Part shown: piece by piece, positions 47,236 to 57,900 of the stretch | How the letters are laid out: the number at the start of each line of letters is the position of its first letter | How positions within the stretch are numbered: the stretch's first letter is position 1 | NCBI GenBank assembly: GCA_035652815.1 | Contig: DASRDB010000020.1 | Coordinates: forward strand, 1-58,705 | Length of the DNA: 58,705 nucleotides | Origin: Ktedonobacteraceae bacterium | GTDB taxonomy: Bacteria; Chloroflexota; Ktedonobacteria; Ktedonobacterales; Ktedonobacteraceae | Reading direction: 5' to 3' | The notes under the pieces: generated by a model | Databases searched by the model: none | What the model saw: only the letters and a program-made list of their open reading frames with translations | Told to the model about the DNA's origin: nothing | Program-made: the position numbers and the translations under genes

Positions 47236-48210
47236 CTATGATCTCCTGTAACTTGCCGTAAGGTTTTTCAGAGCCTCAACGAAGCCCATCTGCTCATAGT
47301 AAAGCTGACCAACTCCATGAAGCTCTGCTTCCAATTTTTCTCCCGTTAAAAGAACAGGTTTTTGGCTGAATATGCCTTTGAGTAGCGAATCGGTAGCGGA
47401 GAGCATCGCTCTCTCAACTTCCTGATCGTTAAGCGGAAATGGTAGTTCATCCTTGTTCTCTGGCTTGAGAATATCATGGACAGCCTGAGTAAGTTCCAGG
47501 TTGCTGAACAACTCACAATCACTAAAGGCTACGGCCACAATTTTGTTTTTGACTTTACCAAGTCTGCTTGAAATGGCTCCATAACGTTCGCTGCGGATGA
47601 TATTGCCGATGACATACTGTAATTCAACCAGCGTAACATCCTTAAGGGTTTCGATATCGAGGAAATGTGCTTGTGGACGCACATACTCATCTTTGTTAAT
47701 GCTCCTGCTTGCCTCGCCAGTTTCGGGATTACGCATCGTCCCATTATCAAATGTAGCATTAAATGTGCGGCGTCCAGCTACTTGAGCGCTAGCTCCAAGC
47801 GAATAGGCATCATCAGTAAATACTCGACTTTTTTGCGCCCCGTTGCCACCTGCTGCAAATCCGTAAAGGTAGCAATCTATGCACTTTTCGCAAGGAGCGT
47901 TAGTGTTGAGCATACAAATTTTGCCATCTTTGTTTTGCAGTAATAACCCATGCCGATTTAAAAATTCGCGTCCTTTTCGGCGTTCCACTGCAGTTTGTTT
48001 GCGCTTACTGATGACCACTCGCCTGATTGGCGTGGTATCAACAAGGCCAGCGCTCACTGTCTCTTTCACCAACTCCTCGCCGCTTCCCTCGGTACGAAAA
48101 ATGGTTTCTGATTCGGTCTTCCGAAGAATAAAGAGGCTGACATAATAGCCTTTGGGCATGTTGCTGTATTTTTCCAGCAGGTATTCTTTATAGTCTTCAA
48201 ACGCGGCCAT
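47236..48210 (-). CDS. cas7: Cas7-family (Csc2-like) backbone subunit
   Basis: 324 aa. Contains a C-x2-C-x2-C cluster 'CEKCIDCYLYGF' and a Gly-rich segment, as in type I-D Csc2. Operon position. Confidence 0.5.
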   Translation of the reverse strand: MAAFEDYKEYLLEKYSNMPKGYYVSLFILRKTESETIFRTEGSGEELVKETVSAGLVDTTPIRRVVISKRKQTAVERRKGREFLNRHGLLLQNKDGKICMLNTNAPCEKCIDCYLYGFAAGGNGAQKSRVFTDDAYSLGASAQVAGRRTFNATFDNGTMRNPETGEASRSINKDEYVRPQAHFLDIETLKDVTLVELQYVIGNIIRSERYGAISSRLGKVKNKIVAVAFSDCELFSNLELTQAVHDILKPENKDELPFPLNDQEVERAMLSATDSLLKGIFSQKPVLLTGEKLEAELHGVGQLYYEQMGFVEALKNLTASYRRS

Positions 48211-48247
48211 TTCTGAATATTCCTTTCTTGTGTGTACCTTTTAAGAG

Positions 48248-48700
48248 CTATTCATCTACATCCATTGACAATTGCTTTACCTCTTCTGCCTGCTCTGCAT
48301 CGACTTCTTCCTTTTCTCCCTCAGTTAAGGCATCCCGGTAGTAGGTGAGATAAGCGCTACGTATGAGTTTGTTCCGTGTGAGTAATCGATTAACATCACC
48401 TCCATTTGCCTTGTTTAGCACACCATCGAAGAATAAATCGACGTACTCACGGATGATGTCCTGCTTCCGCTCTCGTTTCTCTCTCCCTGGTTTGTACTTT
48501 GGCTCAGTTATAGCGTCAATGTGATCGAAAATTTGCCGTTCTGAAGCCCTCCGTACCAGGTCACGAACATCTTCTTTTGGCTCCCGCTCAAGATTCTCCA
48601 GGATGATATCTAGAGGCTTGAGGATGGAGTTGCGTTTGTTTGAGCGTCCTTTGATGCGCTCCCCAGCCGCAACGGTTGCCATTTGTTTTAATGGTTCCAT
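48248..48700 (-). CDS. small alpha-helical protein; candidate standalone Cas11 (small subunit)
   Basis: 150 aa, charged and helical. Starts 6 bp after the large-subunit stop, with an AAGGAG RBS inside the upstream gene's 3' end. Confidence 0.4.
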   Translation of the reverse strand: MEPLKQMATVAAGERIKGRSNKRNSILKPLDIILENLEREPKEDVRDLVRRASERQIFDHIDAITEPKYKPGREKRERKQDIIREYVDLFFDGVLNKANGGDVNRLLTRNKLIRSAYLTYYRDALTEGEKEEVDAEQAEEVKQLSMDVDE

Positions 48701-48706
48701 GGTCGT

Positions 48707-51385
48707 TTACTCCTTTACAATTTCAGCCAATAATGGGGCTACACGCTTGCTCAGGTAAAAAGCCAGGTTTTCGGAAGAAACTGGTTTACCTGCAATTTGG
48801 TTTTGTTGAACAGGATTCTTATTGGTTGTTTTATGTGCCGACTTCGCTTCCTGTGCCTTTTTTTCAATTGTGAGATCAACGATGTGATACACCGAGAGAG
48901 GATCATCGAGCAAAGACTCAGCCACCTCCACCACAAATTTGTCACGGTCTTCTATGTTCAAATTCAAGAGTTGAGATAGCTGTAATAATGCGGAAAGGCG
49001 CCTGACAATATTCTCATAAGCTGCATAACCCTGATCATCTAGCCGCTCGTTGTACCAATGATCTTTGCGTTTGATGTATTCCGCGCCGCCATCTCGTTGT
49101 TTCCCATCCCGGTATACTTCGACACTACGGTATGCGTCTGCTGGCAATAACCATCGCAAGTTGAGTGGCACACCATCGACAAAGAAGGCGAGCTTTTGCT
49201 CAACCATATATTCGTCAGTAAGTAGAGGGATGGGAGTACGTGACATCGCCACACGACAACCAAAGAAATCAGCAATCATTAGTGCTTGAGTAAGCGCAAA
49301 TAGAAATTGCTCTGTATAATTTTCTCCTGGTGCATTGAGAGGCAATGTTGGAGTATTACATATAGCTTCACTGAAATCCGGTACATTCAAGCCATTTACT
49401 TTTGTGGAATAACCGGTAAATGGTTGTGTGGAGTTATCAATGATTTGCTCGGCTCTTTTGACCGCCTCAGAACCGAGGTTGCGTTGAAGTTGAACTTCCC
49501 ACTGCTTGAAGTAGTTTTCCCTCTTTAAGAAGAAAGACGTATTATCTTCATGGCAAACTCTTTTTAAAGTGGAATAAAATGCATCCAGGTACGGCGCTGT
49601 GAAAAAGGAATAGGGGTAAAAGTGGAGATAGAAACTGGTATACAGTTCCCGTAACTTTTTTTCCCCTCTTTTTTGTTTCCTATTGTAGGTAACACATGTC
49701 AGTTTTTCAAGAAGGAATAGAATTCGGCATATTGGACAAACATTCCTTTTGGGGTCTCTGGCTCCTCCTCTCAAACGATTGCTAAATACCTGTACCCCTA
49801 TACTTGCTGGCACTTCTGATTCCATTAACTCTACAGTTTTTAAGGATGAGCTACAAGTACAACATTGTTTGTACTGATCTTTAGAATACCGGCGTAAATG
49901 CAATGCAAAATCTCGTACTATTCCGGTACCTCCGATCTCAAGATTGTTAGTGAGATAGTTCAGGTACTCATCGCTTTGGACTGCTGAAACTTGCTCTCCT
50001 GTCAAAGCAGATAAATCTGCTAGCATTCGCTCAAAAAGAACTTCTATATCATAAGTGCTGTCACGTGCAATGAAGTAGCCGCGTCGAAAGCTATCCACCT
50101 GATTGTAGAGAGCATAATGATCTGCTGGTAGGTTGAGTAAACCATACACGTGAGTCCAGGGATCGCAATTATATTTCTTTTTTAGTTCTTTCTTGAGGTG
50201 ATCTTGCAGTAAGTTACGATATGCTAGAGCAAGTTCTCCCCGTTTGAACAAACTTTGTTCAAGGGGAACTATTGGTTTTGAACTGTTAATTAGGGCATTA
50301 GCCTGCAATGCTATAACAGGATCAGGATTCCTGGCCGCATTTTCAATATCTGGGAGTAACCGCTGGTTATATTCTTCATGCCATTTTGTCTTCCAGCTTT
50401 TCTGCTCAACACGCTTACGCAGTACATATAATATGTCAATGTAACTGGCTCCACTTTCTATAGCAGAGTCAGGTACTTTGATTCCAGATGATTTTGCCTT
50501 GATTAATTGATAAAGGCCATTTCTCTGCTTATCAGCGATGATCTGCGCGAGTTGCTCTGCGACATGCAATGTATCGCTATGAGACCAGGTAAATGGCTCG
50601 CGTTCTGGTATCAAGTAGGCAACACCATCTGGATAGTAAAGTAAATCCGCGATAACTGTTTGATTATTGTGGGTATGCCTCTCCTTGAGATACTTAACCA
50701 CAGTATTGTGGATGAGGTTGCTAAGCAGCCCTCGATTTTCTCCTAGCCGGTGTGTTACCCAACGCCAGCGTCTTTCTGAGATAGCATTAACTTGTGCTAA
50801 AAAATTGTCTTTGTGGTGGTTTTCAGCCAATGTGTGGGAAAGATCAAGATTATCGACAGCATACATGAGTTTCCCAAGTTCAAGTAGCCTTTGATAGTTT
50901 AGTCGATAATTATGGTTCTTTTGATTGAGGTCGATTAATGGGGCGCTATCGTGTTGGTGAAGAATAGTAATGAGCCAGATATCTTCGAGATATTCTTGCC
51001 ATTCAGGAAAGAAACGCCGGAAGTCAATGCGCTCTAATTCGGTTTGAATATTTTCAGGAGTCGCAATATTTGTGTAGCTTAATTTTACATCCCTGCCCCC
51101 ATAAGGCGGAATTTTATTGATATCGTGGATAGTGAATGCTCCAAAAAGCACCTGTTCTTCAAGATCATTTATTTCGGCTACCCCTGCCAGCCGCAATTTG
51201 TGGAACGTATTAATGCCATCGAGTATATGTGTATAATAGTTTTGTCCCTGTTTATTGCCTCCCTGAACAATGCGTCGGTAGTCAGTCATAGGACCATTAG
51301 CTACCTCTTGATAATAGGCTGCAAGTAAGCCTACCTGTTCTGCTTCCTCGATATCTACTAACCAGGCTAGTTCAATTTCCGACAT
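48707..51385 (-). CDS. cas10d: Cas10d-like large subunit with N-terminal HD nuclease domain (Cas3''-Cas10d fusion)
   Basis: HD motif I 'YTHILDGI' and motif II 'FTIHDINK' (compare Cas3 'LHDIGK'). A Cys cluster 'CCTCSSS...CPICRI' (zinc-finger-like) lies in the C-terminal half. 892 aa. Confidence 0.65.
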   Translation of the reverse strand: MSEIELAWLVDIEEAEQVGLLAAYYQEVANGPMTDYRRIVQGGNKQGQNYYTHILDGINTFHKLRLAGVAEINDLEEQVLFGAFTIHDINKIPPYGGRDVKLSYTNIATPENIQTELERIDFRRFFPEWQEYLEDIWLITILHQHDSAPLIDLNQKNHNYRLNYQRLLELGKLMYAVDNLDLSHTLAENHHKDNFLAQVNAISERRWRWVTHRLGENRGLLSNLIHNTVVKYLKERHTHNNQTVIADLLYYPDGVAYLIPEREPFTWSHSDTLHVAEQLAQIIADKQRNGLYQLIKAKSSGIKVPDSAIESGASYIDILYVLRKRVEQKSWKTKWHEEYNQRLLPDIENAARNPDPVIALQANALINSSKPIVPLEQSLFKRGELALAYRNLLQDHLKKELKKKYNCDPWTHVYGLLNLPADHYALYNQVDSFRRGYFIARDSTYDIEVLFERMLADLSALTGEQVSAVQSDEYLNYLTNNLEIGGTGIVRDFALHLRRYSKDQYKQCCTCSSSLKTVELMESEVPASIGVQVFSNRLRGGARDPKRNVCPICRILFLLEKLTCVTYNRKQKRGEKKLRELYTSFYLHFYPYSFFTAPYLDAFYSTLKRVCHEDNTSFFLKRENYFKQWEVQLQRNLGSEAVKRAEQIIDNSTQPFTGYSTKVNGLNVPDFSEAICNTPTLPLNAPGENYTEQFLFALTQALMIADFFGCRVAMSRTPIPLLTDEYMVEQKLAFFVDGVPLNLRWLLPADAYRSVEVYRDGKQRDGGAEYIKRKDHWYNERLDDQGYAAYENIVRRLSALLQLSQLLNLNIEDRDKFVVEVAESLLDDPLSVYHIVDLTIEKKAQEAKSAHKTTNKNPVQQNQIAGKPVSSENLAFYLSKRVAPLLAEIVKE

Positions 51386-51462
51386 CTGTTATTGCGACCT
51401 TTCAAGAATAATTTTTCTTTCTCAATCCCCATTATACCCATCCCCAATAAGCGCAATTGCGC

Positions 51463-52455
51463 TCACTCCTTCGGAGTATGATACATGTTGTAGAGGTTGA
51501 GGCTGATGGCGCGGAAAATCTCTACAAGTTCGGGCGGTTCCAGTATCTCGCAGTGGTCGGCGTAACCGATCAGGATGCGGCGCGCTTCGAACAGGTCGGT
51601 GATGGTGGCGGTGATGGTGGCCGAACCATCTCCGGCATGCGTCACCTCCTGGTTTTCAAAGTGCTTGCTGACACTGTTGCGGGCGATGACCGCGTGCAGT
51701 TTGTATTTCAACCTGTATGCGACCGGTTTAGGTCGGCTGGTTGCGATTCTGGTTGGCAGCACTTCGGCGCTGCCGGGAACAATATAGTCCAGGCGAAATT
51801 GCAGGCGGCTCTCGCGCCGGAGACTCCAACCGTACAGGTAGACATGCCCATGCTCATATTTGAGCGGTTCCGGCTCGACCACATGATTCAGTTCTTTGCC
51901 ATGTTTGGGAGAACGGTAACGAAAGGCGAGTTGTTGTCTCTGGCGAATGGCGCGTTCGATTTTTTTAACCGTTTCCTGGTCCGCGTTGCGGTAATCGGTT
52001 GTCTCGTGCAGGTCGATGCTGAAAGGATTCCGCAGCGACTCCACCATTTTTTGCTGCTCGAGAGGCAGGCGGCTGACAAGGGAGGTGAGCAGGGCGCGAA
52101 TCTCATCCGCGTGCAGGATGGCGCTCTGGTCAAAGGTGTTGAACAGGGTTGCGAGCGCGGTAAGCTGTTCCTGGTTGAGCGAGAGGCCGAATGGAGAATT
52201 TTGCCAGGTATACTCTTTGCGCTGTTTATCAAATATGACCTGGCAACCCAGCGCTCGCAAAGCCTGGATATCACGGCGAAATTGATACAGCCTTTGCTTT
52301 TCATGGGCAGGTCCATCCTTTGCCTCGTCGCTGAAAAGTCGTTCTTTGTCCAGGATAGCGATGAGGTTATCAGTGGTGCGCGGGCCTGTATGGAGCAAAA
52401 CGAGCAGACGCAGACGCCGTCGCGCCGCCCGTTCGCTGGCTGTATCACTTTTCAT
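51463..52455 (-). CDS. WYL-domain transcriptional regulator (HTH-WYL-WCX type), cas-associated
   Basis: N-terminal winged helix 'RRLRLLVLLHTG.RTTDNLIAIL'. Central WYL-like block 'HVVEPEPLKYEHGHVYLYGWSLRRESRLQFRLDYI'. Lies 77 bp upstream of cas10d on the same strand. Confidence 0.65.
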   Translation of the reverse strand: MKSDTASERAARRRLRLLVLLHTGPRTTDNLIAILDKERLFSDEAKDGPAHEKQRLYQFRRDIQALRALGCQVIFDKQRKEYTWQNSPFGLSLNQEQLTALATLFNTFDQSAILHADEIRALLTSLVSRLPLEQQKMVESLRNPFSIDLHETTDYRNADQETVKKIERAIRQRQQLAFRYRSPKHGKELNHVVEPEPLKYEHGHVYLYGWSLRRESRLQFRLDYIVPGSAEVLPTRIATSRPKPVAYRLKYKLHAVIARNSVSKHFENQEVTHAGDGSATITATITDLFEARRILIGYADHCEILEPPELVEIFRAISLNLYNMYHTPKE

Positions 52456-52501
52456 GAAAAGCGCGCCTTCTAGCCTGTGAATATTCAAAATGATTCGGAA
52501 T

Positions 52502-52581
52502 GTTGTAGGGACGCGCTTCATGCGTTCACCGATCCTGAAGGCAGGTGACAGGCAGGACGCGATGAAGCGCGTCCCTACAAC
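52502..52581. promoter_or_regulatory. 20-bp perfect inverted repeat (gttgtagggacgcgcttcat ...40 bp... atgaagcgcgtccctacaac) in the divergent intergenic region between the WYL regulator and cas4
   Basis: Read directly. Same GTAGGGACGCG palindrome family as 32008-32278. Candidate operator or divergent-promoter element. Confidence 0.4.
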
Positions 52582-52652
52582 GTTACGCTATCGTAGTACG
52601 GTCGCGTTTATTTGTCAACAAACAAGCGTAAAACGAGTAGGAAAGGAATGAA

Positions 52653-53348
52653 ATGAAACGTGGAGAGATGAGCGGAGAAGCATCAAGACAGGAGCGTGAA
52701 TGGCTGCCGATTTCTTTGCTCAATGCCTATGCCTATTGCCCGCGTCGATTTTACTATGAATTTACGATGGCGGAGATGGTAGTGAATGAGCATGTGCTTG
52801 AGGGACAGATGCTGCACGAGCGCGTTGATCTGCCGGGAAATACGTGGCGTGACGAGAAGGTGCAACTGCGGCATATCTATCTTTGCGCCCCTGCTCTGGG
52901 CATTGTGGGGTACTGCGATCTGCTCGAGCGAGAGGGAACGGGGCATGATCTCGCCGCGCTGGCAATGCAAAATCGGCTCTATCCTGTCGAGTACAAGAAG
53001 GGCAAAATGGGGAAGTGGCTCTCCGATCATACCCAGCTGTGCGCGCAGGCGCTGGCACTGGAAGAAGTGTTGCAGATTCCAGCCTGGAGTATACGACGTG
53101 GCTACGTGTTTTATGTTGGCTCCGCTCGCCGCGATGAAGTAAGCATCGATGCCGCGTTGCGAGAAGGCACGCTGGCGACCATTGAGGAAGCGCGTGCGCT
53201 TGCCCTGCGCGATACGCCGCCCTTGCCCATCACGAACTGGCGCAAGTGCCGCGATTGCTCGCTTGAGCCAATTTGCCTTCCCCGCGAAGTCCTGGCATTA
53301 CAATCACATAAAGTAGGAGCAGAGCATGGCGATAGTGTATCTGACTGA
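52653..53348 (+). CDS. cas4: CRISPR-associated exonuclease Cas4 (RecB-like nuclease with 4-Cys Fe-S cluster)
   Basis: N-terminal Cys 'YAYCPRRFYYE' and the C-terminal 'CRDCSLEPIC' triad give the Cas4 C-x(n)-C-x2-C-x5-C pattern. RecB motif 'DLL..E......VEYK'. Confidence 0.85.
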   Translation: MKRGEMSGEASRQEREWLPISLLNAYAYCPRRFYYEFTMAEMVVNEHVLEGQMLHERVDLPGNTWRDEKVQLRHIYLCAPALGIVGYCDLLEREGTGHDLAALAMQNRLYPVEYKKGKMGKWLSDHTQLCAQALALEEVLQIPAWSIRRGYVFYVGSARRDEVSIDAALREGTLATIEEARALALRDTPPLPITNWRKCRDCSLEPICLPREVLALQSHKVGAEHGDSVSD

Positions 53349-54435
53349 ACAGCAATCCTGGGTAAACCGCGAGGGAGACTGCCTGATTGTGCATATTCCG
53401 GTGCGCGATGAAAATGGAAAGGCCTCTGGCAAGCGAGAACGAAAAAAGACCATTCCGCTTTTCAAAGTAGAAGAGGTCATTGTCATGGGCGATATCACCA
53501 TCAGCACGCCAGCGCTTGCCAGCCTCTTACAAGCGAAGGTGCAGATCACCTACTTGAGCAAATGGGGAGACTATCGCGGGACACTGAGTCCTGCTCTGAC
53601 ACGCAATAGCCTGCTGCGTATTGCTCAGCACAAAGCCTATGCCAATGGCGCGATGCGGCATCAGATCGCGCGCCGCTTTGTGATTGGCAAACTGCGTAAT
53701 ATGCGCACCATGTTAATGCGCTACCAGCGCCAGTATCCTGATCCGGTGATTGGAGAACAGGTGGATTGCCTGAAACGCTGTATTCTTGCCGCTCAGCAGA
53801 CCGCCTATCACGAGGAGGGTATAGCGACCAGCGAACTTGATGCTGAGATGGATGGCAGGAGCGAGCCTGATAGAATGCATGGTCTCGGTTCGCTGATTGG
53901 ATGCGAGGGTGCGGGTAGTGCTGCCTATTTTAGCGTCTTTGACAGGCTTATCAAATGTGATTGGCAGCATGGCTTTACTAAGCGCTCTCGCCGCCCGCCG
54001 ACTGATCCGGTGAACGCGCTCTTAAGTTACGGCTATGTGGTGCTGGCCTCGCAAGTTGCCAGCATGCTTGCGCTGGTTGGCTTTGATCCCTATGTAGGCT
54101 ACCTGCATGCCTCGCGCTACGGCAAGCCCGCCCTTGCGCTTGACCTGATGGAAGAATTTCGTCCTTTAATTGTTGACTCGGTCGTACTCAGCCTGCTCAA
54201 TAATCGCCAGCTTGAGGCGAAAGATTTTGAGTTTGAACTGAACAGTTATCGTATGACCGATGGCACAAAGCGACTGTTTCTGGAGAAATTTGAGGAGCGT
54301 ATGCAGGAAGTTATTATTCATCCTGTGTTTGGAAACAAAGCCACATATCGCCATTGTATTGAAACGCAAGGCAGACTGCTTGCCAAATATTTAACAGGTG
54401 AAATTGAGCAGTACATGCCCTTTACCGTTCGTTAA
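53326..54435 (+). CDS. cas1: CRISPR-associated integrase Cas1
   Basis: 369 aa. Overlaps the cas4 end by 23 bp and precedes cas2. Cas1-like N-terminus 'VYLTEQQSWVNREGDCLIV' and a conserved His/Glu-rich C-terminal half. Confidence 0.85.
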   Translation: MAIVYLTEQQSWVNREGDCLIVHIPVRDENGKASGKRERKKTIPLFKVEEVIVMGDITISTPALASLLQAKVQITYLSKWGDYRGTLSPALTRNSLLRIAQHKAYANGAMRHQIARRFVIGKLRNMRTMLMRYQRQYPDPVIGEQVDCLKRCILAAQQTAYHEEGIATSELDAEMDGRSEPDRMHGLGSLIGCEGAGSAAYFSVFDRLIKCDWQHGFTKRSRRPPTDPVNALLSYGYVVLASQVASMLALVGFDPYVGYLHASRYGKPALALDLMEEFRPLIVDSVVLSLLNNRQLEAKDFEFELNSYRMTDGTKRLFLEKFEERMQEVIIHPVFGNKATYRHCIETQGRLLAKYLTGEIEQYMPFTVR

Positions 54436-54445
54436 GGAGAGAAAG

Positions 54446-54763
54446 ATGGGTCAGGGAAACGGGGGACACGCGCGGGGAGTCAGGCAAAGCAGCTTTTACG
54501 TCGTTGCCTATGATATCCCTGATGACAAAAGGCGCACACAGGTACATAAAATCTTAAAAGGCTTCGGCACCTGGACCGAATTCTCGTTGTTTGAATGTTT
54601 TCTCACAAAAAAAGAGGTGCTGCAAATGAAAGCCAAACTCGCCAAACACCTTGATCCCAGCGAGGACCGCGTGCGCATCTACACGCTCTGCGAAACCTGC
54701 CTGGACAAAATAGAAACCGCAGGCATCCCCGAACCAGTTGAAGAAACCAGCTATCTTGTCTAA
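54446..54763 (+). CDS. cas2: CRISPR-associated endoribonuclease Cas2
   Basis: 'FYVVAYDIPDDKRRTQVHKILKGFGTWTEFSLFEC' is the canonical Cas2 N-terminal block. AGGAG RBS. The ATG at 54446 lies 10 bp after the cas1 stop. Confidence 0.85.
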   Translation: MGQGNGGHARGVRQSSFYVVAYDIPDDKRRTQVHKILKGFGTWTEFSLFECFLTKKEVLQMKAKLAKHLDPSEDRVRIYTLCETCLDKIETAGIPEPVEETSYLV

Positions 54764-54871
54764 GAAAAGCAAAGACATTCATGTCCCATCATTTTGCGAG
54801 AGGCGGAGCTGTAGTACTTTTGAGCGTAGCCTCTCGCAACGCTGCCCCCGCTCAGGAGGCTCATTCAGGGG

Positions 54872-54901
54872 TTGCCTATTTTCAACCCCATGTGTTATAA
54901 T
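54872..54901 (+). promoter_or_regulatory. putative sigma70-type leader promoter for the CRISPR array (TTGCCT-18 bp-TATAAT)
   Basis: ttgcct at 54872-54877 and tataat at 54896-54901, about 70 bp upstream of the first repeat. Confidence 0.35.
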
Positions 54902-54971
54902 ACTTTTCAGGGCCACCCTCTCGCAAAACGTCCCTTCAAGAGGCTCAAGTACTCGCCTCACAAGGTCGGCG

Positions 54972-57900
54972 GTTGGAAAGAGGTTTGACGCGATTGGGCG
55001 ATTGAAACTAAGGATGTATAGTGATTTTCGTCAAAGGAGAGTTGTTGGAAAGAGGTTTGACGCGATTGGGCGATTGAAACTGGCTAGTGATGTTGTGGAA
55101 TTGCCACAAGAAACACAAGGTTGGAAAGAGGTTTGACGCGATTGGGCGATTGAAACTTTTTGGAGGATTCCGCCGGAGCGTTCCGTAAAATCGATGGTTG
55201 GAAAGAGGTTTGACGCGATTGGGCGATTGAAACAGCGCAAATAGCAAAGTTGGAGATGATCTTAAGGGAGTTGGAAAGAGGTTTGACGCGATTGGGCGAT
55301 TGAAACTGCCACTCTTCAATGTGTGCTAGTTCACGGTTTGAGGTTGGAAAGAGGTTTGACGCGATTGGGCGATTGAAACGCGGATTATGGGAGTGGTTGG
55401 AAGTGAATGAAGAAATGTTGGAAAGAGGTTTGACGCGATTGGGCGATTGAAACCTATCGCGCATTCCTCAGAGGGCAAGACCCGCTTGATAGTTGGAAAG
55501 AGGTTTGACGCGATTGGGCGATTGAAACGAGATGTGTAAAGGAAAGCCATTGGGCGTAGAGTCTATTGGTTGGAAAGAGGTTTGACGCGATTGGGCGATT
55601 GAAACAAAGTCAACATCTACCAGTTTGAAGAGACCTACGACACCGTTGGAAAGAGGTTTGACGCGATTGGGCGATTGAAACGAAGTTGGCTTGTGTGACG
55701 TGTGCCTCAGAGCCATTCAGTTGGAAAGAGGTTTGACGCGATTGGGCGATTGAAACAACAGACTACACCAACGAAAGAAACAGATTCTCGCGTCGTTGGA
55801 AAGAGGTTTGACGCGATTGGGCGATTGAAACATCGTTGTCGAAATCGGGCCGATTCCGAACGTATCGTTGGAAAGAGGTTTGACGCGATTGGGCGATTGA
55901 AACTACATCGATTCGCTGTTTTATATAAGCGATGAGCCGGAGTTGGAAAGAGGTTTGACGCGATTGGGCGATTGAAACCGCTCCTTTATCGAGGATGGCG
56001 GCGTGTGCGTTGTTGGCATGTTGGAAAGAGGTTTGACGCGATTGGGCGATTGAAACACGGAAGCGGCGAGTGACTTCATCTATTTTTTCTTGGTTGGAAA
56101 GAGGTTTGACGCGATTGGGCGATTGAAACCGCATGTTCTGAATGTGGCTGTCCAGTTCGCTCGCTTCGAGTTGGAAAGAGGTTTGACGCGATTGGGCGAT
56201 TGAAACCGAGGAGATCTTCATTTACGAGTTTGTCAGGACCTATATGTTGGAAAGAGGTTTGACGCGATTGGGCGATTGAAACCCCCCTCCGATCTCCGGG
56301 TTGCTTATCTCAAGCTGCGGTTGGAAAGAGGTTTGACGCGATTGGGCGATTGAAACCGCAATAAGTCGCTCGATTCACCCCCCTCAATTTCCAGCGTTGG
56401 AAAGAGGTTTGACGCGATTGGGCGATTGAAACGTTATAGGGAATGGGCAGCCGCTTGAAACGGCGCGTGTTGGAAAGAGGTTTGACGCGATTGGGCGATT
56501 GAAACTCCGATTTGCGCGCCGAGGCCTCAGCAGACCGACCAGGTTGGAAAGAGGTTTGACGCGATTGGGCGATTGAAACAATTTCAACGTGAGCTTAGTC
56601 GAGCCAACAGTGGGAAGTTGGAAAGAGGTTTGACGCGATTGGGCGATTGAAACCTTTTCAACAGCAATTCCTTATTCCTACCTACGGCTTTTGTTGGAAA
56701 GAGGTTTGACGCGATTGGGCGATTGAAACCCGTTGGCTATTGGACTTCTCAGATTTTCAGTCTGAGCGGTTGGAAAGAGGTTTGACGCGATTGGGCGATT
56801 GAAACACAGTTACAGGCACCGTCAGCGTAGATATGATCTACGGTTGGAAAGAGGTTTGACGCGATTGGGCGATTGAAACAAGCAACAACACCGCAGGATG
56901 CGCCTGCGGTGTTTACGTTGGAAAGAGGTTTGACGCGATTGGGCGATTGAAACTCATTCACATCGAATGGCACCCCCGTGTCAAAATTCGTTGGAAAGAG
57001 GTTTGACGCGATTGGGCGATTGAAACTAGGCTGTAAAGGCTTTCCAGTTCTGGTAGGCCACTTTGGGTTGGAAAGAGGTTTGACGCGATTGGGCGATTGA
57101 AACTCTTCGCCGTTTTCTTTGAGGAAAGGTTGCAATTCCGTTGGAAAGAGGTTTGACGCGATTGGGCGATTGAAACATTGCCAGCACTGCGGAAAGCAGA
57201 TTCCGCCTGAAAGTTGGAAAGAGGTTTGACGCGATTGGGCGATTGAAACCTTTCTCCTCCTACTAGCCAACGGCGGGCGCGTTGCGTTGGAAAGAGGTTT
57301 GACGCGATTGGGCGATTGAAACGTACGCAGCTTGCGTGTATTCGCTTCTACGAGCGTATCGTTGGAAAGAGGTTTGACGCGATTGGGCGATTGAAACACG
57401 ACTCCCTACGGCTAAAGCCGAGGGCTTCTCAGGGTTGGAAAGAGGTTTGACGCGATTGGGCGATTGAAACCTGCTCCAAATCACACCGGATGGCAACGCT
57501 CTTTTGGAGGTTGGAAAGAGGTTTGACGCGATTGGGCGATTGAAACATGGCAGATACGGACATCACGAGCCGAGCCACAAGGGAGTTGGAAAGAGGTTTG
57601 ACGCGATTGGGCGATTGAAACAAAATCAATAATAAACCAGACTGGAAAAATATTGCTGTTGGAAAGAGGTTTGACGCGATTGGGCGATTGAAACATCATA
57701 GGAGCTATCCGACCAGGGCATCTGCCCAAGTTGGAAAGAGGTTTGACGCGATTGGGCGATTGAAACTCTGATGTCTAATACACCTGGAATTTTAGATAAG
57801 GGCGTTGGAAAGAGGTTTGACGCGATTGGGCGATTGAAACTTCAATGGATTGTTGATACAGGGTATTTGCGGCCCGGTTGGAAAGAGGTTTGACGCGATT

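Noticed and set aside
51457-52473. 338-aa plus-strand ORF overlapping the WYL regulator locus
   Set aside because: The minus-strand frame has a recognisable HTH and WYL block and is co-oriented with the cas operon. The plus-strand frame has no recognisable domain.
54972-55008. The shared 8-mer GACGCGAT between the CRISPR repeat and the GTAGGGACGCGAT palindrome family
   Set aside because: An 8-bp coincidence in a GC-rich genome, with no extended similarity.
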